Counted from the stretch's first letter, positions 39,436 through 50,173 are shown. The stretch is DNA of 64,000 nt from an uncultured Acidobacteriota bacterium (GCA_963804995.1 CAWDSK010000005.1:1024001-1088000); one strand, 5' to 3'. Program-made: numbers and translations. Notes: a model not told the origin generated them from the letters alone.

Positions 39436-40552
39436 ATGCAATCCAACATTAAACTGGGAAGAATCCACGGAATCGAGATTGGGCTTCACTATAGCTGGTT
39501 CATCATCGCGGCCCTGATCATGTTCTCCCTCGGCGAGCACTTCCGTCTCGTTTACCCGAACTGGGGCACAAACCAGATCTGGATCACGGCATTGTTCACC
39601 GCTGTCCTGTTTTTCGTCAGCTTGCTGTTACACGAACTCTCCCATTCATTGGTGGCACAGGCCCGCGGGTTGAAAGTCAAGGCGATCACTCTGTTTGCGC
39701 TCGGCGGTGTTTCTCAAATCGAGAGCGACGCCACTGATGCGAAGACAGAATTCTGGGTCGCGATTGCCGGGCCGATCGCCAGCCTGATTATCGGATTTGG
39801 TTGCCTCGGCATTGCTTCCGGTCTGGGATGGCGGCGTCCGGCCGAACCCGCGGACCGCGGTGACCGCGGTCCTGGTGTGGCTGGGATATATCAACGTGGC
39901 TCTCGCGGTCTTCAACATGATTCCTGGCTTTCCACTCGATGGCGGCCGGGTGCTGCGCGCGATCGTGTGGGCGATTACCAAGAACCCAGACAGGTCCACC
40001 CGCATCGCCGCGCGCGTCGGCCAAGTCGTGGCCTTTCTATTCATTCTCTATGGAATATGGCAGTTCTTTGGTGGCGCCGGCTTTGGGGGGCTGTGGATCG
40101 CATTCATCGGCTGGTTTCTCATGGATGCGGCCAAAGCCAGTTACGGTCAGGCGGAGATTACGACGGCGTTTCAGGGCGTGCGAGTCTCTTCGGTGATGTC
40201 ACGTGATTGCGTTATTGTGAACCGCGGCATGAGTTTGCAGGAGTTTGTGGATTCGTACCTTCTAAGGACCGGCCAGCGCTGCTACGCCGTGGAGGACCAG
40301 GGCCGGCTGGTGGGCCTCATTACCCCACGCGATGTTGGCGCCATAGCGCGCGAGCGTTGGGACATGACCACCGTGCGCGAAGCCATGCGACCGCTGGAAA
40401 AGTTGCACATCATTACTCCTGACACGCAGGTTTTGGATGCCCTAAAACTCATGGCCGGCAATGATGTCAACCAACTACCGGTGGTTGCGAATGGCACTTT
40501 GCAAGGCGTTGTCTCTCGTTCCCAGCTTATGCAATTACTACAGATTGCTTAA
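39436..40552 (+). pseudogene. Site-2 protease (M50) with CBS pair, frameshifted
   Basis: HELSH in the 5' frame; [12 protein letters not shown] and CBS domains in another frame; shift near 39850. Confidence 0.85.
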
Positions 40553-40630
40553 GGGTAGAAGGAGAATCGAGGAGGAATGTTAGCGGCGTGAGGAAATCTC
40601 GCGGTCAAACCAATTCAAAGGAGAACGATC

Positions 40631-40921
40631 ATGGCAGACGAGACAAAGACATTCGAAGAGAACGTCAGGGCGCAGTTGGAGAAAAGCAAATCGCAGTTGC
40701 AAGAGATCGAAGCTCTTACCAAAGGAAGAGCCTCACAAGCGGTGAACGATGCAATCAACGGCCTCAAGAATAAGAGCCAAGAGATCGATAAGAAGTATCA
40801 AGGACTGAAGACCTCGGCCGACACAAAGGTTAAGGCTGAGATCCAGGAAGACCTGGAAAAATTCAACGTCACATTAGGACAAGTCGCTGCGAAGCTGAAG
40901 ACCCCAGCGCCCTCGAAGTAA
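40631..40921 (+). CDS. Small helical/coiled-coil hypothetical protein
   Basis: 96 aa, K/E/Q-rich heptads; AAGGAG RBS. Confidence 0.75.
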   Translation: MADETKTFEENVRAQLEKSKSQLQEIEALTKGRASQAVNDAINGLKNKSQEIDKKYQGLKTSADTKVKAEIQEDLEKFNVTLGQVAAKLKTPAPSK

Positions 40922-41065
40922 GTGAAACTCGGGATCAACGACCGCCCGCGGAATGATTAGATCCATCGCCCAAGGGGCTCGAATCCTTCCGGGCTTCCCC
41001 GGGCGGTCGCGTTTGAGCATTCTGAGCCGCGTCCTCGTGTCTGCTTTAAAGTCGTTTGCAAAAAA

Positions 41066-41356
41066 ATGCGGACATTAACCGCATGCGGTACAAGAGAACC
41101 TTGCGATGCCGTCCTCTCACGGCAGTTCGTGATTGTAGTTGCCCTTTTCTTCGCGACCAATCTTGGGGCATGGGCCCAAGCCATTCCCTCTGGCCGCACA
41201 AAGGGGCCTCGTCGATTGGCTGCCTTGCGCATGCATCATAAACCCAGACGCAGCGGGGGCGGTTGGGGTGGTGGGGGTTTTGGGGGAGGTGGCGGAGGTT
41301 TCGGGGGTTTTGGTGGAGGTTCCTCGGGTGGGGGTGGCGCCGGCGGAGGCTGGTGA
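41066..41356 (+). pseudogene. Remnant of a TPM-domain gene (signal peptide joined to Gly-rich tail)
   Basis: GGFGGFGGGSSGGGGAGGGW C-terminus typical of TPM proteins next to lemA; core domain missing. Confidence 0.65.
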
Positions 41357-41394
41357 CAGATCCTCATACAGAGAAAATTTAGAGGAGGAAGGTC

Positions 41395-41976
41395 ATGAAA
41401 ATACTATTGGCGGTGGTGGGATTCCTGGCGCTGATGGCACTCATTATTGGAGGAGCTTACGTCAGCAGCCGAAACGAAATGGTCCGCAAAAATGAGGCTA
41501 TCAAACAGGCATGGGCGCAGGTAGATGTGGTGCTGCAACGGCGCGCCGACCTGATTCCGAACCTCGTGGCAACCGTGAAAGGTTATGCGCAACAAGAGGT
41601 GAAAGTGTTCGGAGATGTCGACAATGCCCGCGCCGCATTGTTGAGTGCCCGGACGCCGGCGGACAAGATTGCTGCGAATGGCCAATTGGATGGCGCCTTG
41701 GGCAAGCTGCTGGCCATCGTCGAGAACTATCCCAATCTCAAATCCAATCAGAACTTTCTGGCCTTGCAGGACGAATTGGCCGGAACCGAAAACCGCATTG
41801 CCGTCGAACGCCGCCGGTATAACGAGGCCATTCAGGATTACAATACCTACATCGGCCTTTTCCCCAATAACATCTTCGCCGGATGGGCTGGATTCCAGCG
41901 GAATAACGACTACTTCGCTGCTTCCGAGCCCGCGCGCCAAGCGCCTAAAGTGGATTTCAGCGCGCCCAAGCAGTGA
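41395..41976 (+). CDS. lemA: LemA family protein
   Basis: LQRRADLIPNLV, ENYPNLK, GTENRIAVERRRYN. Confidence 0.95.
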   Translation: MKILLAVVGFLALMALIIGGAYVSSRNEMVRKNEAIKQAWAQVDVVLQRRADLIPNLVATVKGYAQQEVKVFGDVDNARAALLSARTPADKIAANGQLDGALGKLLAIVENYPNLKSNQNFLALQDELAGTENRIAVERRRYNEAIQDYNTYIGLFPNNIFAGWAGFQRNNDYFAASEPARQAPKVDFSAPKQ

Positions 41977-41989
41977 TCCCATTATTTTT

Positions 41990-42082
41990 TTATCGAGATT
42001 CGCGAATTCGCGAAGAGATTGCGGCTCTATGGTTCATGTGTCGAAGTGTTTTCAAGCGTTTAGCTTTGGCCTTCGTCTTGCC
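41990..42082 (+). promoter_or_regulatory. Sigma-54 promoter module 7
   Basis: TTCGCGAA-TTCGCGAA ending at 42014 (first unit degenerate); TTTCAAGCGTTTA; TGGCCT-tcgtc-TTGCC at 42067-42082. Confidence 0.82.
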
Positions 42083-42394
42083 CAACCAAAAGGGGAGATC
42101 GAGGAGGACCGCCACAGGCCTGACAAACGTTCACGATCAAATCAATACGCCCGACACTGTGAGCAGAACAATTATGGCAGAGCTGATGGTGATGGATTTC
42201 AAGCAAGACATATGGCGCGCATCGGAGGTGCTCAACCAGTTGCTGGAACTGAACGATGATGCGGGGGGGGACAGGCCAAGGGGGAGAAAGTTCTTTCCGC
42301 TGGTGCCAGGAGAGCGCGTTCATTTCTCGAGCGTGATCAGAACTTCCGGACTTTGGGCCCCGGAGATCCAACCCCTGACACGAAAGAAGCGGCC

Positions 42395-43531
42395 ATGACC
42401 GGAATCCTCAAGCTCGCCTACAAGCTACTCGTCAATGACAAGGCAAAGTTCTCGGCATTGCTGGTCGGCATCACGTTTGCCGTCTATCTCATGATGTTTG
42501 TTACCTCGATGTTCAGCGGGGTCATGAAGCACGCGTCCGCCAACATCATTAACATTGGAGCACCCCTGTGGGTCATGGACCCGTACGTTGAGACCGTGTC
42601 CAACTCAGTCGGCATGCCCGCATACGTCCTGGACGCGGTTCGCAGCATGCAAGGCGTGAAATATGCCGTTCCTCTTTATTCCGGAGGGGCGCTGGTCAAG
42701 CTTCGCGACGGAAACTATCAAACCGTGACTGTCATCGGGTTGGACGACACCAGCCTGTATGGCCGACCCGAACTCATTGCGGGAAAGATCCAGGATATTT
42801 ACGCGGAGAATGGATTCTTCGTGGTGCATGATGCGGAGTTTTCCAAGCTCGAGAATCCCCATATCGGCTCGGAGTTCGAGTTGAATGATAATCGTGGGGT
42901 CATCGTGGGGATCGCCAAGGTGGCGACTTCCGGCTTGTACGGCATCCCGACTCTGTACACGACGTATGAGCGAGCCATCCAATACATTCCTAATCCCCGG
43001 TTCACGATCTCGTACGTACTGGTTGAACCGAAGAGCGCGAGCGACATCCCCCGGATCAAAAAGCAAGTTGAGGCGCTCGGCTACCGCGCAAGAACCAAGG
43101 AAGAGTTTATGCAAAATACCGAGGACTTCTTCCTATACAAGACCGGCGGTGGCACCAACTTGCTCATTATGATGCTGATTAGCTTCACCGTCGGGCTGTC
43201 GCTCTCGGGTCAGACGTTTTACACGTTCATCCTGGAGAACCTGGAACGGTTCGGAGCGCTGAAGGCCATCGGCGCGAAGAGTCGCGACCTTATCGCTATG
43301 ATTCTATTTCAGGCCACGTTTACCGCATTCACCGGCTTTGGCCTGGGGATCGGGCTGTGTCTGCTCTTGATCATCTTCGCCAGGCTAAGGCTTCCCAGCT
43401 ACGCGGCCATGGTTACCTTCGGCAATCTAGCGATTTCGTTTGGAATGGTCGTGGTGATTGCCGCGGTCTCCAGCTATTTCGCGGTCCGACGGGTTCTCAG
43501 AATTGAGCCCTTCGATATTTTCCGAGGATGA
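42395..43531 (+). CDS. ABC exporter permease (FtsX/MacB/DevC-like)
   Basis: N-terminal TM, periplasmic domain, FGALKAIGA, C-terminal TMs. Confidence 0.88.
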   Translation: MTGILKLAYKLLVNDKAKFSALLVGITFAVYLMMFVTSMFSGVMKHASANIINIGAPLWVMDPYVETVSNSVGMPAYVLDAVRSMQGVKYAVPLYSGGALVKLRDGNYQTVTVIGLDDTSLYGRPELIAGKIQDIYAENGFFVVHDAEFSKLENPHIGSEFELNDNRGVIVGIAKVATSGLYGIPTLYTTYERAIQYIPNPRFTISYVLVEPKSASDIPRIKKQVEALGYRARTKEEFMQNTEDFFLYKTGGGTNLLIMMLISFTVGLSLSGQTFYTFILENLERFGALKAIGAKSRDLIAMILFQATFTAFTGFGLGIGLCLLLIIFARLRLPSYAAMVTFGNLAISFGMVVVIAAVSSYFAVRRVLRIEPFDIFRG

Positions 43532-43532
43532 G

Positions 43533-44228
43533 ATGGAGAAAACAGCCATTCAGGCGAACGGACTGGTCAAGTGGTTTGGCGAAGGTGAGGCCAAGACCAT
43601 GGCCCTCCGCGAAGTCAGCCTGGAAGCTCAATTCGGGGAGATGGTTTATGTCGTGGGGCCCTCCGGGAGCGGGAAAACGACCTTGCTCAGCGTTCTCACC
43701 GGCATCCTCAAACCGAATGCTGGCAAGGTCTTGTTGGATGGGACCGACATTTGGGGATTGAATTCCGACCAGCTTGCAGATTTCCGCCTGGGGAGAATCG
43801 GTTTCGTATTTCAGGACTACCACCTCTTCCCCCGCCTGACCACTGCGGAGAATGCAGCGATTCCGCTGATCCTCAAGCGAAAGCCGTGGAATGAAGCCGT
43901 CCACGAAGCAGAGAAGTACCTCGATATCGTGGGACTGAAGAGTCGTGCCGAATTGCCTCCCGTGAAGTTGAGCGGAGGAGAGCAGCAGCGCGTGGCCATC
44001 GCCCGGGCCATGGCCAGCCAGCCGGATATTCTGATTATGGATGAACCGACTGCCTCGTTGGATGGAGACACGGGCGTATCGATTTTGAGTTTCGTCCAGA
44101 AAAACGTCCTCAACCAGGATCGCTGCATTATCGTCGTGACCCACGATGACCGGATTTATCCGTTCGCGACACGGATCTTGAACATGGAAGACGGTCGCCT
44201 GAAGAGGTCAGAAAAGAGTACGGCATGA
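43533..44228 (+). CDS. ABC exporter ATPase (LolD/DevA-like)
   Basis: [30 protein letters not shown]. Confidence 0.92.
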   Translation: MEKTAIQANGLVKWFGEGEAKTMALREVSLEAQFGEMVYVVGPSGSGKTTLLSVLTGILKPNAGKVLLDGTDIWGLNSDQLADFRLGRIGFVFQDYHLFPRLTTAENAAIPLILKRKPWNEAVHEAEKYLDIVGLKSRAELPPVKLSGGEQQRVAIARAMASQPDILIMDEPTASLDGDTGVSILSFVQKNVLNQDRCIIVVTHDDRIYPFATRILNMEDGRLKRSEKSTA

Positions 44229-45307
44229 AAAATAAGATGATTTTCATCATCTCCTTCATAGGAGCCCTCGGGGGGATTGCAGCCGCAATCCTCTCCGGCA
44301 TTACGGAACCTCCGCTGCCTCCGGCCTACAATCCCGCGGCGAGTCCCTATTCGAACGCCATCTATGCCGAAGGCATTGTGGAGAGCGCACAAACCAGCGG
44401 GGTGAATAGCAACATCTATCCGGAAGTGGCGGGCACGGTCAAAGAAATCCTCGTTTCGGAAGGTCAGCAAGTCAAAGCGGGCCAGCCCCTGCTCCGGATT
44501 GACGATTCGATCCAAAGAGCGACGGCGGAGCAGCAGGGTTCATCGGCCGAGGCTGCCGCGGCGCTCCTGCGAGAACTGAAAGCGGAGCCGAGAAAAGAAA
44601 CCCTCGATGTCGCCGACGCGCAAGTGGTCGCTGCCGAAGCCTCCTTGAAAACCGCCCAGGACACGCTGCAGAAAGATCAAGCGGCTTATGAGGCTGATCC
44701 ACGTTCGGTGAGCAAAGATGCGTTAGACAGTGCCCTCAATGCCGCCGCCGTGGCGAAAGCGAATCTTATAGTTGCCAAAAAGCAGGACGATTTGATCAAG
44801 GCGGGAGCTTGGGTCTACGACATTCAAAATCAGGAACGACAGCAGCACGCATTGGCGAAGGCCTATGCGGCCTCCAGCGCGCTGCTCGGCAAGTATACCT
44901 TGCGAGCACCGCGGGATGGCGTTGTGCTCGCCATCAACACCATCGTCGGGAACTATGTATCCCCACAGGGGTCCTATGACTCCTACACGCAGGGCGCGGA
45001 TCCCGTTATTACCTTGGGGAGTCTGCCGTCCTCTCTCCATGTGCGCTGCTACGTCGATGGAATTCTGGTTCCGAGATTGCGTTTAGGCTCCAAAATGATG
45101 GCGCAAATGTCCATTCGCGGGTCGGATGTCAAGATTCCTTTGGAATTCGTGAGAGTGCAGCCGTATGTGTCACCGAAAATTGAGCTCTCGAATCAACGTC
45201 AGGAGCGCGTGGATGTCCGCGTTCTGCCCGTGATTTTCAAGATCGGGCAGCGCGCGAATGTGAATCTCTATCCCGGTGAGCTGGTGGATGTCTACATCAG
45301 CGAATGA
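44225..45307 (+). CDS. HlyD-family membrane fusion protein
   Basis: Lipoyl-like halves (GTVKEILVSEGQQVKAGQPL; LRAPRDGVV) flanking a helical hairpin. Confidence 0.9.
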   Translation: MKNKMIFIISFIGALGGIAAAILSGITEPPLPPAYNPAASPYSNAIYAEGIVESAQTSGVNSNIYPEVAGTVKEILVSEGQQVKAGQPLLRIDDSIQRATAEQQGSSAEAAAALLRELKAEPRKETLDVADAQVVAAEASLKTAQDTLQKDQAAYEADPRSVSKDALDSALNAAAVAKANLIVAKKQDDLIKAGAWVYDIQNQERQQHALAKAYAASSALLGKYTLRAPRDGVVLAINTIVGNYVSPQGSYDSYTQGADPVITLGSLPSSLHVRCYVDGILVPRLRLGSKMMAQMSIRGSDVKIPLEFVRVQPYVSPKIELSNQRQERVDVRVLPVIFKIGQRANVNLYPGELVDVYISE

Positions 45308-46440
45308 GACCAGACAAGGCAGCGGCCGATTACCCGATTTCCTCGCTAAAGCCGGACGGCCGCGGGGGAAGGTCGAACCTCCACGCCAAGAGACCGATTG
45401 AGAGAGGGACACTACATGGAACGCTACATGAGGATGGGTCAGACTGCTTTGGTAGTCGCGCTCGCCGCGATTTTCCTGCTGGCTACGGGTTGCAGCGTTG
45501 GCCCCAAGTATGTGCGTCCACCGGTCCAGAGCCCGCCGGCCTACAAGGAGATTTCGCGGGGCGCGGCGAACGGATCGGAAATCTGGCGCGCGACTCAGCC
45601 GCGAGACGGCACAAACCGGGGGAACTGGTGGAAGGTCTTCAACGATCCGCAATTGGACGAACTGGAAGTGAAGGCGAGTTCTTCCAACCAGGAAATCGCC
45701 GCGGCGGCAGCCAACTTTCTGGCGGCGCGGGCGCTGGTTCGGGAAGCTCGCTCGCAGTATTTCCCGACCGTCACCGCCAATCCGAGCATCCTCAATTCAC
45801 GGCCCTCGCCAGGACAATTCGGCGGGCTTCAGGCGGGAATGGCCGCGGGGGCCGGGTTGACCGTCAAATCGTACACCGACTATTCGCTGCCTTTTGATGC
45901 CTCATGGGAACCCGATTTCTGGGGACGCGTTCGGAACAGCATGCGGGCCAATGCTTATGCGGCACAGGCTAGCGCCGCGGATCTTCAGAACGTTCGCCTG
46001 AGCGTACAGGCGGAGCTCGCGGCCGATTATTATGAGCTACGCGCCCAGGACGCGCTGAAAGAGCTGTTTGATTCTACCGTCGTTGCCTATCAGGATGCCC
46101 TCAGTCTCACGCGGGCCCAGTACAAGGCGGGCCTCAACTCCGATGAAGCGGTGGCACAGGCTGAGGCTCAGCTAAAATCTGCACAAGCTCAGGACACGAA
46201 CCTGGGAATCCTGCGCGCCCAGTATGAACACGCTATCTCCGTGCTGATTGGCCAACCTGCCTCAACATTCTCCCTGCCGCCGAACGCTTTGGCGGCAAAT
46301 TCGCCCGCAATTCCGGCAGGGATTCCGTCTGAGCTTCTTGAAAGACGCCCGGACATTGCGGCGGCGGAGCGTTCCGTCGCCCAGGCGAACGCGCAAATTG
46401 GGGTGGCTAAAGCTGCCTATTTCCCGGCGATCCTGCTTAG

Positions 46441-48456
46441 CCGAACTTTCGCACTTCAGGGTGTTGAGTTGGGTTAACTCGCTTCTTTTCAGTACAGGCA
46501 TTGCCAAGGTCTGGCCTACAAACGCAGCATTCCAGCAGGAAAGATTTCCGGCTGGACCGTGATCCTGGGCGGTGGCTGAGTGGGGAGCACGAGCTGCAGT
46601 TCGTGCAACAGGAGCTTTTGTTCGGGTGTCGGCTCGGTGTAGCGGGGCATCACTAATCGGCGCCCATCCGTGGTCGGGAAAGACACATCGAGCATCTGCA
46701 TGCCCGCCAGCTTCTCCAGCACCGCTTTCGGCGTCAGGCCCGGAGCGTGGGCCTGCAGACGCTGTTTCAGCGTCACCCACAAGCCGTACGCCAGAAAGGC
46801 AATGAGGATGTGGGCCTCGACGCGATGTTCTATTTGATGATAAATCGGCCGAATTCCCAGCTCACTCTTCAAACACTTAAAGGCCGCTTCGATCTGCGCC
46901 AGTTGCATGTAGCGGTCCCACAACACCTCGGGATTTTCCCCCGTCAGATTGGTGCGCAACAGATAATGTCCATCGCGCCGCTCCGCTTCCTCCAACTTGC
47001 TGCGCTCGAGCCGGAACTGGAAGGTCTGGCGAGTCACTTCTTCCTGGGCCTTGGGCACGCTGATCTTCACGAAACCGAAGGCCCGTCCGGCTTCACTCTT
47101 GGCTGCTCCGATCTTCATCAGCAACGCATCACGCGTCGGACACACGCGCCGCAAGGCCCGCAGCCTCCACAACAGCCGTGCCAGCTTGCGTCGACGGATG
47201 GCCATCTCTTTCGCCTGGCGGCCTGCGCTCTTCGCCAGCACATACAACTCGCCTTCCTCCGCGAACAGTTTCACCTCTACCGACTCGCGCACCTTCCGCC
47301 ACGGCAGTTCCGTCCACTTCGCTTCGTACTGCCGGATCTTGCCCCGTGGCGTCCCCACCAGGTAAAACATCTCCCGCCCCGGGGTGCGCATCTCCGCCAG
47401 CAGTTCTTCACTGGGAACTCCCCGATCCATCATCCACACCCGCCGTGCCTTGCCGTACACGCTCTCGATCTTGTCCAGAAAACCGCGCAAGCTGTTCCGG
47501 TCGGAAGTATTCCCCTCCATCACTTCGTAGGCCAGCGGGAAACCTTCCGGCGTCAGCACCAGGGCGATCACCACCTGCCGACAGTCGAACCGCCCGTCCC
47601 GGCTGTAACCGTGGCGGGCTTTGGGAATCGCTTCCGCCTCTCCTTCCACATAGGTGCTGGTGAGATCGTAGAGGAGCAGATCAAAGCGCGCCGCAAAGAG
47701 GTCTTGCCACCGCAGCCGCAGGTGCTGGAACAACTCCGCCTTGTGCGCCAGTATTCGATCCAGACAACGATAGAGCCGGTCCTTCTCGGCCACCGCGAAG
47801 TTCACTGCCAGCAACTCGGCCATGGCGGTCTGATCGAACCAGTGCCGATGCACACGGAATTCGCTGCCCGGCTCGATCAACCGGTTCACCACCAGCAGCC
47901 GTAGCACCTTCTCCCACGGAACTCCCTCGCGCCCTTCCGGCAACCTCGCCTGCCAGAACTCGTCCAGCTTCAACTGGCGCCACAGCTCGCAGCCCAACCA
48001 ACAGCCACCGAAGGTGCGCGGCCGCTCAACGCGCATTTCACTCAACTTCACTTGTACGCCGTCCACAGCATCCGCAGGAAGTTCGCGGTCCTCCGGGAAG
48101 AGGCTCAGGGACGCGAGGACGCGACGGTCCTCGTCAAAAACCTCCAGCGTCTTGCGCCACGCGGATTGTTGGCTGTCGTTGATTTCGCCCAGATACAGCA
48201 CCGTCCGATGCACGACCTTCGAGCGCGACACGCGCCGACTCTCGAACGATGCTGAAATAACGATGTTCCTTGCCGTCCTTTTTGCGTCGATGAATCTTCA
48301 GGTGCACGCCCCAGAATGCCAGACCTTCGCGCCCCAGAAAAGAGGGTAGGTCGGGCCTACAAGCACTCTTCAACCCGCGCCCATTGAAGGCAAAGACCTT
48401 GTGCACCGCAAGCTGCCAAAATCAGCCCGGTAGCGGGTGGAAGTGCGAAAGGCAGG
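46441..48456 (-). mobile_element. IS1634-like insertion sequence, copy 2 (2016 bp)
   Basis: Same ends as copy 1; removing the IS plus one TTAG restores ATC CTG CTT AGC GCC of the host gene. Confidence 0.93.
46516..48307 (-). pseudogene. IS1634-like transposase with 1-bp insertion near the 5' end
   Basis: CTCGAACGAT at ~48241-48250 versus CTCGACGAT in copy 1. Confidence 0.8.
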
Positions 48457-49105
48457 TTAGCGCCTCCGGGGGATTCGGAAATTCGTCGGCCGCTAACTGG
48501 CTTACCTGGCCAAGCCGCTTTTGGTCAGTGGGTCCCAGTCTCGTCGAAACCATTTTTGACGCCGGATTGCGCAAAGCGACCGTCCAGCAGTACCGCGCCA
48601 CCTACGACCAAACCGTGGCCAACTATCAGCAAACCGTACTAACGGCGTTTCAGCAGGTCGAGGACAACCTCGCGGCCCTCCGAATATTGTCGCAAGGATA
48701 TCGACCAACAGGATGCCGCCGTGCAAGCGGCCGCGCGGAGCCTTCAGGAAGCTGAGGTCCGGTACAAGGCCGGCCTCGATCCTTATCTGAATGTGATCTC
48801 GGCCCAAACCGTTTTGCTGACCGACCAGCAAGTGAAGGTGAATTTTCGCATGCAACAAATGGTGGCGAGCGTTCAGTTGATCAAAGCGCTGGGCGGCGGA
48901 TGGGATTCCTCGCAGATTCCCTCTGAGAAAGAAGTGGGAAGCAAGGCCCAGGATGGACTGAGTGCCAGACGCTAAACCGTTCGCTAACGCTGGGACAGGG
49001 GGTGCGAACTGAACACACCCTGTGTCCGGTCGACACTTCGAAATTGTCGGCGAAGGCTTACCGCTAGCTTCCCAAACACATTTTCGCTGATTGCCACGGG
49101 CCATT

Positions 49106-49198
49106 TTCACGAACTTCGCGAATTCGTGAAGGAATTGTGACCTCCTGATCCGTATACCCCAACGTTTTCAATGGGTTACATGTGGCCTTTGCATTGCA
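49106..49198 (+). promoter_or_regulatory. Sigma-54 promoter module 8
   Basis: TTCACGAA-C-TTCGCGAA-TTCGTGAA at 49106-49130; TTTCAATGGGTTA; TGGCCT-ttgca-TTGCA at 49183-49198. Confidence 0.85.
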
Positions 49199-49264
49199 CT
49201 ATCACAGGATGTGGTTGCAAAACAATCGCACCGGAAAGCAAATGGAAAATCCAGGGAGGTTCGC

Positions 49265-49462
49265 ATGAGCGTCGTTACCAACGTGGCAAGGCAGGCAATC
49301 CGCGATAAGTTCGCGGCCGAAATCAAGACCGTCGAGGCAAAGCTGGAGACACTCAAAGCAGAAGCCGAGACCGCAAAAGCCGACATCGAGATCAAGGCGA
49401 TCACAGAACTACTGGCCAAGCAGCGCGAGATCCTCCACAAACTACTGGGACCGAGGAAGTAG
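49265..49462 (+). CDS. Small coiled-coil protein, probably truncated by a frameshift
   Basis: GGAGG RBS; heptad pattern; a plausible continuation (WELAKADLE) lies in another frame. Confidence 0.6.
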   Translation: MSVVTNVARQAIRDKFAAEIKTVEAKLETLKAEAETAKADIEIKAITELLAKQREILHKLLGPRK

Positions 49463-49555
49463 AACGGCGCCCGTGGGAGCTGGCGAAAGCTGATCTCGAA
49501 CCTTGGGACTGCTTGCTGTTCAGTGGAATCACCGTCCGATGAATTGGAGGGCATC

Positions 49556-50173
49556 ATGAACATGAACATCTCTGAAATTGCGTCGCGGATCGCCATGTTG
49601 GAAGGGGAACTCGAACGTCAAATTGAGCTGGACATTGAGGAGAAGCGTCGCAAACTCCGCTACAGCATCGAGAAGGGCAAGATTACCTTTGAGTCCGAGA
49701 CATCTGCGCTCCACAAGAAGCTGCATCAGGGCGTAGTGGCCTTTCTTTGGGAAGCGCCCGTGGCGAGCTTGCTGGTTGCCCCGATGATCTATTCGCTGAT
49801 CGTCCCACTTTTCCTGTTGGACCTCTGGGTCCAGTTGTACCAGGCGGTGTGCTTCCCTGTATACCGGATTGCCAAGGTGGACCGCTCGCGCTACGTGTTG
49901 CTTGACCGGGGTCATCTCCAGTACCTCAACTGGATCGAGCGGCTCAACTGCAACTACTGCGGCTACGCCAACGGATTGGTCGCTTACGCGCGGGAGATCG
50001 CCGCCCGCACGGAACAGTACTTTTGCCCGATCAAACACGCCTTCCGCTGTTCCGGAGCGCACTTACACTACGACGAGTTTTTCGACTTCGGCGACGCTCG
50101 TGCCTACAAGGAGGATTTGGCCAAGCTCCGAGCGGAGTTGCGGCCTGAAGAGGTAGACAGCTCGAAGACTTGA
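49556..50173 (+). CDS. Hypothetical membrane protein with Cys/His motifs
   Basis: N-terminal coiled coil, TM segment, LNCNYCGYANG and YFCPIKH. Confidence 0.8.
   Translation: MNMNISEIASRIAMLEGELERQIELDIEEKRRKLRYSIEKGKITFESETSALHKKLHQGVVAFLWEAPVASLLVAPMIYSLIVPLFLLDLWVQLYQAVCFPVYRIAKVDRSRYVLLDRGHLQYLNWIERLNCNYCGYANGLVAYAREIAARTEQYFCPIKHAFRCSGAHLHYDEFFDFGDARAYKEDLAKLRAELRPEEVDSSKT

Larger units (their letters stand above)
45416..48975 (+). pseudogene. Outer-membrane efflux lipoprotein (NodT/OprM-like), IS-interrupted and frameshifted
   Basis: TGC lipobox, WEPDFWGR, LLERRPDI; reading resumes SASGGF after the IS; extra shift near 48695; LIKALGGGW end. Confidence 0.9.

Noticed and set aside
29508..48456. 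Composite transposon bounded by the two IS copies
   Set aside because: Each copy has its own TTAG pair and copy 2 splits a gene that continues on both sides, so the insertions are independent
25688..49130. TTCGCGAATTCGCGAA repeats as a CRISPR array, attC sites or REPs
   Set aside because: Spacing is 0.9-7 kb, there is no cas gene or integron integrase, and each copy sits at a fixed distance upstream of a -24/-12 element
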